From an uncultured Muribaculaceae bacterium (GTDB taxonomy: Bacteria > Bacteroidota > Bacteroidia > Bacteroidales > Muribaculaceae), in NCBI GenBank assembly GCA_964646495.1, contig CAZYEO010000001.1:383-64382 (forward strand): a stretch of 64,000 bases of DNA, read 5' to 3'. The notes below the pieces were generated by a model. The model was not told where the DNA came from and ran no database searches. It saw only the letters and a list, made by a program, of their open reading frames with translations. Both the position numbers and the translations under genes were made by a program. Positions 51,901 through 58,387 of this stretch are shown here, in pieces; the first letter of the stretch is position 1, and each line of letters begins with the position of its first letter.

Positions 51901-54867
51901 GAAGAAAATGTCGGAACTCCTACAAAATTTGTAAATGATGGAGATAATACTACTCGTTGGGGAAGCAATCATAATGAAAATGAATGGATATATGTGGATC
52001 TTGGCGAAAATTGTTATATATCTAAAGTAAATATAAATTGGGAAGATGCCTATGGTAGTATATATGATATTCAAATAGCATCCGATGGTGCAACGACCGA
52101 ACAATTTAATGGAATATATGCGGGCACAACTGTGAATAAAACAGTGATTTCTGAAAAAGAATGGAAAACAGTTGTTTCAGTAACCGATAATGCCAGTAAA
52201 GGTGATAATACTCAAGTTATTGGCACAGAAGGAAGATATGTGAGGATGAAAGGAATAAAACGAGCTACAAATTATGGATACTCTATTAAAGAATTTGAGG
52301 TTTTTGGTATTCCTAAATCTTTACCTCAAGATGGAATAATTGGTATTGATATATTGTCTCCCGATTTTATGGATGAAGATGATTTTGCTATACTTGAAGC
52401 AAAGGCATATACTCTTGATGGAAAAGAGATAGCAAAAGATGTTGCATGGGAGTGCGAGGCTGAAAAAGCAACAATCGACGGAAACAAATTCGCACCATCT
52501 ACCTATGGCAGAATGGAAGTAACGGCAAAGTCATCAGATGGCTACTCGGCTGTGAAAAATATCATGGTAAATGAGGTGGTTAAACTTAAATCATTGAAAA
52601 TAACTCCCGAAAACACTCAAATCCTTCTTGGAGATGATATCGCTTATTCCATATCCGGTCTTAATCAATTCGGTGGAGAATATGAATTCAATACATCAAC
52701 ACTTGCAGTAGAAATAAGCAATGTTACGGATCCTGAAAATGTATTTGTGGTAACAGACGGAAGTGCATATTACCATATGTCAGACAATACTTTTGGCTCT
52801 ACAAAGGTAGGAGATTATAATCTTAAATTTGTAAGTGGAAATGTCGTTAAAAATGTGCTTATTGGAGTGGCAGATGTGTCAAAAGCCAACTTGGCACTTA
52901 ATCGTCAAGCCACAAGTTCCTCCTCATATGGGATAAATACTGCATCTAAAATTAATGATGGCGATGTACTGACACGATGGGAAAGTGATAAAGCTGATGG
53001 TGAATATGTAACTATCGATCTTGAATCACCTTTCGTGTTGGATCGCATGAATGTGATATGGGAAGCAGCTTATGCCACAAATTACCATGTGATGGCGTCG
53101 ATGAATGGTGACGCGTGGACTAATATTTTGACTAAAACAGATGGCGATGGTGCTACTGATTCTTTCACCATATCGCCTGTGCCTGCACAATATGTGCGTC
53201 TGATATGCGACAAACGTGCCGTAGTAGATTATGCGAATAGTATTTATGAATGGGAAATTTATGGTTTATCTCGATTCACAGGAGAAAATGACAATAAAGC
53301 ACCTGTAATTTCGGGGTTTAATATCCAGCCTGACGGAGCACAACTCACAATCAAAGCTAATGCAAACGATGATTCAGGATATATATTCTATACCCTTACA
53401 CGCACCACATCGGGCGTAATAAATGGTAATCCTGTGGAGGTGTCCTCTTACTCTAAGTCGGGCGAAGAAATTTCAATTACATCCGTGGGTTTGAAAGATA
53501 ATGTAGAATATATTTATACTCTTACAGCTACCGATCCATTTGGGAATAAAAGCTCCCGTGTTATAAAACATACTGCCGAGGTGTCAATAGATGGAGTGAA
53601 TCTTGCTCTTAATAAATATGCTTATGCTTCTTCGGCCGAGAACCCGGCTTTAGTAGCTCAATACGCTGTAGATGGTAACTCAGATACGCGTTGGGGAAGT
53701 GAATTTAATGATAATGAGTGGATAACAGTGGATCTTGCAGATGCATATCTGATTGATAACATCAAAATTAAGTGGAATAACTTTGCTTTTGCTACTAATT
53801 ATGATGTGTCAGTATCAATTGATGGTGACAAATTTGATAATATATATTCCAAAGAAGGATTCGTAGGAGGTGAGGAAAATATAGTTGTATCACCGACTGC
53901 TGCTCGATATATTAGGATTGTAGGGCTTAAACGTTCATCAATATATGGTACGAGTATTGATGAGCTCGAGGTATATGGTAGCGATATGTTGTTGAGCATC
54001 ACCGGTGCCGTGAGACACAATATACGCCTTGAGGGTCGTTGGGATAATAAAATATTTGCAGCATTAGATAGTAAAGATGCTACCAGTTATGATGTAACAT
54101 CCGTAAGCCAATTCCCGGAATCGATTACTACTCTAAATCCAAATTGTTTGATATATGTTCCATCTTCCTTTACATCGGCTCTTCATCCAAATATGGTTAA
54201 GGTAAATGAGGAAAATTACCAAGCCAATTCAATAGAATTATATGATGGATTTAATTTTGAATCTCTTCACGATATTTCTGTCGGAGGCGACATGGAATTT
54301 AATAAGTCTATGACAGGCGCTGTAATTCCAATAATTTTACCATTCCCTATAGAGGGAACGGAATCCATGAAAATAGCTTTACCCGATACTGAAAGAAATG
54401 ATGCAGTGTGTTTTTATTTGTCGGAAAATAATAAAAGTGAAGCCAATCAACCAATTGTATTGAAACTCACCACATCAATCAGTAAAATTAAAGGTGCAGG
54501 TAATATATTGTATCGTTCATCGACTTCAAGAATAAACCAAATCACCGGAACATATATGTATAAACCTGCTTTCGAGGGGGAATATCGTTGGCAAAACGGA
54601 GTTTTCGTGCGTCAAATATCTGGTGACGATTTTAACCCCTTTGAGTTGGTTGTGGAATATAGCTCAAATCTCTCCTCGGAATTACCTTTGAAGGTAACCG
54701 ATGTTCCAACAGGAATTGAAGAAACGAGAGAGGATATGAATGTTATTGTAGATGTTTACAATATTTGGGGGATTAAAATACGTGCAAAAATTCTGAAATC
54801 AGAAGCCTTCAAAGGTCTTCTTCCGGGTGTTTATATATCTAATGGTGAAAAAATAATAGTGCGGTAA
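48919..54867 (+). CDS. Giant GH81 endo-beta-1,3-glucanase with Big_2 and three F5/8 type C modules and T9SS C-terminal sorting domain
   Basis: 1982 aa with a signal peptide. GH81 motifs are LPTNDWWT, FNDHHFHYGYFIYSGALL and NGQESSSEAMQSWGAIYL. The three discoidin modules lie at about 51868-52310, 52891-53265 and 53601-53982 (each ALN+xxxSS...DG...TRW...W..VDL). The C-terminus is ...LPGVYISNGEKIIVR. Confidence 0.85.
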   Translation: MNLTKIIVGALLMSFSFGLSAQEPVQIGAASYAAYPPLYKGRTDAHNGDLSSLMQTKKLYINESDKMDDGQRRPLPTNDWWTGLINAPFADALWAYPQMVHPFEAGITINYPSYWNENGTEVKSNSNITIKGVKFTAVSAIAHDWHDWDVEMLMSGADGKQEMYVTLAHGIPFTWIELKEFSPRITFSSSAEYFDVEGNKLDISDILSYADNKITVKIGSDYYGIFVPDATGYSIKDGALALVFAETKKQFISVGMMKNISDLKIFAEYAYSVPRKTTVSWNFDEYKAELTTKWQIDAENLLDKAKPALVMQGFLPHAYKDALSKPSFQSESYLSPRGRLKIATPSSDNIYTFSYRFSGMLPYYAAPKENNAEANPYIKDRMTDLMTKYAKNGTFGNDTYWGGKGLTQMALNMTFAHEMGDEENFKLSKDKLKAKLIDWLTFTPGEEQVFFSYYPRWGSLVGHETSYDSDAFNDHHFHYGYFIYSGALLCMMDKDFRLNYGPMLRLIAKDYANWEHDDSQFPFLRTLDPWAGHSYAGGLGDNANSNGNGQESSSEAMQSWGAIYLLGVALNDNAMRDAGIFGWSTESRATAEYWFDRDQIHPEKEHNYDYTLYTSPYCTNLTSKGIGWWTWFSGDALWMHSIQWMPVSPCLNYLSQDLDFVKWDYDKMMSATAYKWFDAVGTNAPLANQSVGNVVLCYMERSNPDEAAKIFDRAYEENYGIATGIDTGHISYFTIQSHRTYGDIDFSVHADILTATAYKKKDGSMTYMAYNSYDTERMVRFFKDGTTVATVKVPARSLVAYGVAAVASSVVMESAEGLIMPPSAKSLLSVSVLDQYGATMDDVKYSFVVSDANLAFIDGKNILNINATATKGSKFTVTVKVNDDIKSVMDFTVNDIPVIASASITPQLKYLEKGDKATFTIDPIDQYGNFMNLDIDWTITKGGKKVSDSNVLDATEIGIYDIEANIGGKKYTQQVYLTPKFNNVALNKTAISSSEENVGTPTKFVNDGDNTTRWGSNHNENEWIYVDLGENCYISKVNINWEDAYGSIYDIQIASDGATTEQFNGIYAGTTVNKTVISEKEWKTVVSVTDNASKGDNTQVIGTEGRYVRMKGIKRATNYGYSIKEFEVFGIPKSLPQDGIIGIDILSPDFMDEDDFAILEAKAYTLDGKEIAKDVAWECEAEKATIDGNKFAPSTYGRMEVTAKSSDGYSAVKNIMVNEVVKLKSLKITPENTQILLGDDIAYSISGLNQFGGEYEFNTSTLAVEISNVTDPENVFVVTDGSAYYHMSDNTFGSTKVGDYNLKFVSGNVVKNVLIGVADVSKANLALNRQATSSSSYGINTASKINDGDVLTRWESDKADGEYVTIDLESPFVLDRMNVIWEAAYATNYHVMASMNGDAWTNILTKTDGDGATDSFTISPVPAQYVRLICDKRAVVDYANSIYEWEIYGLSRFTGENDNKAPVISGFNIQPDGAQLTIKANANDDSGYIFYTLTRTTSGVINGNPVEVSSYSKSGEEISITSVGLKDNVEYIYTLTATDPFGNKSSRVIKHTAEVSIDGVNLALNKYAYASSAENPALVAQYAVDGNSDTRWGSEFNDNEWITVDLADAYLIDNIKIKWNNFAFATNYDVSVSIDGDKFDNIYSKEGFVGGEENIVVSPTAARYIRIVGLKRSSIYGTSIDELEVYGSDMLLSITGAVRHNIRLEGRWDNKIFAALDSKDATSYDVTSVSQFPESITTLNPNCLIYVPSSFTSALHPNMVKVNEENYQANSIELYDGFNFESLHDISVGGDMEFNKSMTGAVIPIILPFPIEGTESMKIALPDTERNDAVCFYLSENNKSEANQPIVLKLTTSISKIKGAGNILYRSSTSRINQITGTYMYKPAFEGEYRWQNGVFVRQISGDDFNPFELVVEYSSNLSSELPLKVTDVPTGIEETREDMNVIVDVYNIWGIKIRAKILKSEAFKGLLPGVYISNGEKIIVR

Positions 54868-54895
54868 ATATAATAAATAATTATATTAAATTCAT

Positions 54896-54940
54896 AGATG
54901 GGGATGCGCTTATATTTTATGCTCATCTCCATCTTCATTT
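54896..54940 (+). terminator. Terminator hairpin at the end of the PUL
   Basis: The stem pairs agatggggatg (54896-54906) with catctccatct (54924-54934), with one G-U pair. It is followed by tcatttta. Confidence 0.55.
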
Positions 54941-54957
54941 TATTCATTTAAAAATAT

Positions 54958-55000
54958 TGAATCGATGGAGCTTATTGCAATTGGGCGTTGAAATAATTAT
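54958..55000. repeat. Right copy of the perfect 43-bp direct repeat bracketing the PUL
   Basis: It is identical to 31391-31433, and the repeat starts are 23,567 bp apart. It lies between the PUL terminator and the asnA promoter. Confidence 0.95.
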
Positions 55001-55024
55001 TTTTTGAGCAAAATGATACTAAAA

Positions 55025-55057
55025 TTTGGATTGTTGTGGAAGTTTGTATTATCTTTG
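55025..55057 (+). promoter_or_regulatory. Bacteroidetes promoter for asnA (-33 TTTG, -7 TATCTTTG)
   Basis: TTTG at 55025-55028 and TATCTTTG at 55050-55057 with a 21-nt spacer, 28 nt upstream of the ATG at 55085. Confidence 0.5.
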
Positions 55058-55084
55058 CGCACTATCGCATATAAAAAAATAATT

Positions 55085-56119
55085 ATGGCATTGATAATTC
55101 CAAAGAAATACAAGCAAAAGCTACTTCCCGAAACGACGGAAGTGGCTATTAAAGCAATTAAAGACGCCTTTCAAGAACGCATAGCAAAAGCATTGAATCT
55201 ACGTCGTGTCACAGCTCCATTATTTGTGCTTTCGGGCACAGGTCTTAATGATGACTTGAATGGGGTGGAGCATGCGGTAAGTTTTAAGATAAAAGATATG
55301 AATGATGCCAACGCTGAGGTGGTGCATTCTCTTGCCAAATGGAAACGAGCCAAATTGGGATCGTATGGTGTGGCTCCGGGATATGGAATTTACACTGATA
55401 TGAACGCTATTCGCACATTTGAAGAGCTTGATAATCTCCATTCGCTCTATGTAGATCAGTGGGATTGGGAGCAATCGATAAATGCGTGTGATCGTACTCT
55501 GGACTATTTGAGATTGACTGTCGAAAAAATATATTGTGCGGTTCGTGAAACTGAATGGATGATATATGAACGTTTCCCGCATATTACACCTATTCTTCCT
55601 AAAAGGATAAAATTTATACATGCCGAGCAATTGCTTCAACAATATCCCGACTTGTCGGCAAAAGATCGTGAAGCTCAAGCTGCCAAAGAACATGGGGCTA
55701 TTTTTCTCATAGGAATAGGCAATCCGCTATCCAATGGAGAACCTCATGATGGACGTGCACCTGATTATGATGATTGGAGTACTCCCAATTCTGACGGTTT
55801 TGTAGGTCTAAATGGTGATATGATATTTTGGAATCCAATTCTCGAATGTCCGTTTGAGTTGTCTTCAATGGGTATTCGTGTAGATGAGGAATCACTTGCA
55901 TTGCAATTGAAATTGCGTGGATGCGAAGATCGGAAGCAATATAAGTTTCATAAAGCATTGCTGGCAGGAGAGTTGCCATGTTCTATTGGTGGAGGAATAG
56001 GGCAGAGCCGTCTTTGTATGTTCCTTTTGCAGAAAGCACATGTGGGCGAAGTGCAAGCCAGTATTTGGCCTGATGATCAGATTGATATTTGTGCTAAGCA
56101 TGGTATCACGCTAATGTAG
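55085..56119 (+). CDS. asnA: Aspartate--ammonia ligase (asparagine synthetase A)
   Basis: 344 aa from the ATG at 55085. Motifs close to E. coli AsnA are VVHSLAKWKR, YVDQWDWE, RAPDYDDWSTP, LSSMGIRVD and GGGIGQSRL. Confidence 0.95.
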   Translation: MALIIPKKYKQKLLPETTEVAIKAIKDAFQERIAKALNLRRVTAPLFVLSGTGLNDDLNGVEHAVSFKIKDMNDANAEVVHSLAKWKRAKLGSYGVAPGYGIYTDMNAIRTFEELDNLHSLYVDQWDWEQSINACDRTLDYLRLTVEKIYCAVRETEWMIYERFPHITPILPKRIKFIHAEQLLQQYPDLSAKDREAQAAKEHGAIFLIGIGNPLSNGEPHDGRAPDYDDWSTPNSDGFVGLNGDMIFWNPILECPFELSSMGIRVDEESLALQLKLRGCEDRKQYKFHKALLAGELPCSIGGGIGQSRLCMFLLQKAHVGEVQASIWPDDQIDICAKHGITLM

Positions 56120-56329
56120 TTTTAGTTATTAATAGATATGAGGTAGAGGGGAGTTATAATATGGCTTTCCTCTATTTCTTTGTAAATATGGTTGCCAAGT
56201 ATAGCCTATATTCAGATTAATGATAGTTGTTTTAAGTTATTATGAGGCTTTTATAATAAATATCGGGGATAAATGCGATTTTTTAGATATATTTTGTGGG
56301 TGTAATTTTGGAGAATTAAAAAATAGTAG

Positions 56330-56337
56330 TATCTTTG
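56330..56337 (+). promoter_or_regulatory. Bacteroidetes -7 box TATCTTTG upstream of tRNA-Asp
   Basis: It matches TAnnTTTG 42 nt upstream of the tRNA 5' end. A second match, TAATTTTG, lies at 56303-56310. Confidence 0.4.
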
Positions 56338-56378
56338 CACTCGCAATCTCAAAAGAGGGATTGTTAAGATTCAAAATT

Positions 56379-56452
56379 GGTGCGGTAGTTCAGTTGGTTA
56401 GAATACCTGCCTGTCACGCAGGGGGTCGCGGGTTCGAGTCCCGTCCGCACCG
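56379..56452 (+). tRNA. tRNA-Asp (anticodon GTC)
   Basis: The cloverleaf was folded manually. Acceptor GGTGCGG/CCGCACC, D-arm GTTC..GAAT, anticodon stem CCTGC/GCAGG with loop CTGTCAC (GTC), T-arm GCGGG-TTCGAGT-CCCGT, discriminator G. CCA is not encoded. Confidence 0.95.
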
Positions 56453-56540
56453 CAGTGGAGAGAGAAGATGGACAACTTTACTTGAAAATAGTAAGTTGTC
56501 CATCCTTTCTTTGTTTAATCCCTATCGAAATTGAGGATAA
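56441..56540. repeat. Left copy of a perfect 100-bp direct repeat (attL-like): last 12 nt of tRNA-Asp plus 88 nt downstream
   Basis: It is identical base for base to 59739-59838 (checked by hand). Confidence 0.95.
56467..56516 (+). terminator. Rho-independent terminator of tRNA-Asp (inside the 100-bp repeat)
   Basis: 12-bp stem, gatggacaactt (56467-56478) with aagttgtccatc (56493-56504), followed by CTTTCTTTGTTT. It is duplicated at about 59765-59814. Confidence 0.7.
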
Positions 56541-56575
56541 TTCAAAGATATATTATTTTGATAGATTGAGCAATA

Positions 56576-57469
56576 CTATTTTACACCTTTCAACTCTCTT
56601 TCCATAGCTTCTCTACGCTTTTCAGCTTCCGAAGTAGAGTTGTCAGTTGAAGGTTTTTCTTTTACCCAAGCACCTTTATTTTCGCTATAATAGATTTTCT
56701 GTCTTGCTAATGCCTTGCAATCCGTTTCTGATAGTTCGGTATAATTCCAGTCCGTTCCGTTGTCAGGAGTGCCTAAAAAGTCATTCAAATCAACTTCTAT
56801 TTCGTTAGCGGGATTGGTCATTTTCTTTATCAGAGATTCAAAAGGCGATTCTGACGATTTTTCAAATTCTACTTTAAGGGAGACTTCCTCAGTTTTTGGA
56901 GACTCTATTTGTACTGGAGATTGATTTGCTACACGATTGCGAACTTCTACCATTTCTTTGAATGTTACATACTCACACCTAATTTTCCTGATCTTATCTA
57001 CAAAAATCTGTTTCCCAATCCTATCTATATGATCAGAATAGCCAACGCTATATAATTCGCCTTGAGGAACCTCAAATATTAAGGATAACTCTTTCTTGGT
57101 CTTGGGATTGATTGTCTCAGAGAATAACAGTGGATTCAGTCTTGATGTGAAGTTGGTTGAGACATCGTAACGGCAATCGTTATAATCAAACAAACTCAAG
57201 TCGTTTTGATACAAGGTTTGCGGCTCTTTGCTAATATTTTCGATAATGAAGTCCAATTTCATTATTGCACTTCCTTTGGGTAGACTCCATTCCCTATCTA
57301 ACGTCATTTTCATATTGGTAAGATGAAAGACTTTAAGGGTCTTATTAGGAGCAACAACCTGTTTCAAGCCATCGGATATATTAATTATTCCCATATTATA
57401 CAAAACAGAAACACCCAACCCTAAAGCAAGACATATAATAATAGCCCAAAGAAGTTTAGTTGATTTCAT
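56576..57469 (-). CDS. Membrane-anchored hypothetical protein, DUF4352-like Ig-fold ectodomain plus acidic C-terminal region
   Basis: 297 aa. It has an N-terminal TM (LLWAIIICLALGLGVSVL). The central beta-sandwich pattern (MKLDFIIENISKEPQTLYQNDLSLFDYNDCRYD...ELSLIFEVP) resembles DUF4352. It sits 3 nt downstream of the preceding gene. Confidence 0.55.
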   Translation of the reverse strand: MKSTKLLWAIIICLALGLGVSVLYNMGIINISDGLKQVVAPNKTLKVFHLTNMKMTLDREWSLPKGSAIMKLDFIIENISKEPQTLYQNDLSLFDYNDCRYDVSTNFTSRLNPLLFSETINPKTKKELSLIFEVPQGELYSVGYSDHIDRIGKQIFVDKIRKIRCEYVTFKEMVEVRNRVANQSPVQIESPKTEEVSLKVEFEKSSESPFESLIKKMTNPANEIEVDLNDFLGTPDNGTDWNYTELSETDCKALARQKIYYSENKGAWVKEKPSTDNSTSEAEKRREAMERELKGVK

Positions 57470-57472
57470 ATT

Positions 57473-57943
57473 TTATCTGTTATGAGGATATTTGTCTCGA
57501 TTGGTATTCATTTCTATGCCTGAAGAAAATTCATTTTGCTTAGGTTGAGTTTTTAGAGGTGAACTATTTGTTCTATTACCATTCGAAATATTTTCGGAAT
57601 TATTTGAATCTAAAGCTTCTTTTATCTTATCCTCTCCTAAAATAAAAACATGATTCAAGATTCCGAAAGAAACAATCTTATTGTTTTCTTGATAAGAAAT
57701 TTTACCAAGACTGAAAATGAAGTAATTATCAGTTGATAAATGGGTCTTAATGAAACCTTCCATGATAAATGAACCCAAACCACCCCATACTATACCAGCA
57801 ACCCCATCTTTGTCAGTCTTTTCTCTTACAATATCCGTAAGAAAATTATTAATAGATTCTGAATGCTCCTGCTTATTGGGGCAAGTCAGAGCAAATACGA
57901 CAATTAAGCTCACAAAAGACAAAAATATTAAAAGTTTTTTCAT
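57473..57943 (-). CDS. Small lipoprotein/membrane protein, DUF4359-like
   Basis: 156 aa from the ATG at 57943 (the track start at 57952 is TTG). It has a signal peptide with a possible lipobox (VVFALTC). The pattern NYFIFSLGKISY...SFGILNHVFI resembles DUF4359. The family call is from memory and low-confidence. Confidence 0.5.
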   Translation of the reverse strand: MKKLLIFLSFVSLIVVFALTCPNKQEHSESINNFLTDIVREKTDKDGVAGIVWGGLGSFIMEGFIKTHLSTDNYFIFSLGKISYQENNKIVSFGILNHVFILGEDKIKEALDSNNSENISNGNRTNSSPLKTQPKQNEFSSGIEMNTNRDKYPHNR

Positions 57944-58387
57944 TAATTGCAATTTTTAGCCTTTGACAACCAACGAAGGTATTATACAAAAAAGAAGTGG
58001 GCTGCCGTCCACGCCTATCAGGTATCGCCAAACACCTACATATACACGAACAAACAATCCCCCTATACGTGGAGTCATCTGTACCTTGTATATGCCCTTT
58101 TAATTTGGCAATTTCGATAGGCAAAGGCACTTCTTAAATATGTCCGTTCCGAAGAACAAATACAAAGATAACGAATTTAGATTCGCCACCAATTGTATTA
58201 CTGGCAAAATATTGCTTACACTCCGATAAGGTGGGTTTTAGTTGCTCCAAACTTGTGTTTATTCGTATTCCGCATGGGCTAAGTTAGTTGGCATTGAGCA
58301 AAAGACAAAATTCTAATTAATATTTTCTTAACAAGTCAATTAAAATTTGTACTTTCGTATATCAATACTAAAACACTACATATTAGA

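Larger units (their letters stand above)
31430..54867. other. Polysaccharide utilization locus predicted to target beta-1,3-glucans (laminarin / fungal or yeast beta-glucan)
   Basis: A divergent regulator sits next to a susC/susD pair, followed by two GH16, GH3, GH128-like and GH81 genes and three non-catalytic binding proteins, all on the same strand. Confidence 0.85.

Noticed and set aside
56220-56534. 104-aa plus-strand ORF
   Set aside because: It reads straight through tRNA-Asp and its terminator, and the tRNA call explains the region.
57992-58006. Possible third, degenerate att copy (gctgccgtccacgcc) implying two tandem insertions in the islet
   Set aside because: Only about 9 of the 12 core positions match, with no similarity beyond the core. 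This is compatible with chance, so it is kept only as a remark within the spacer finding.
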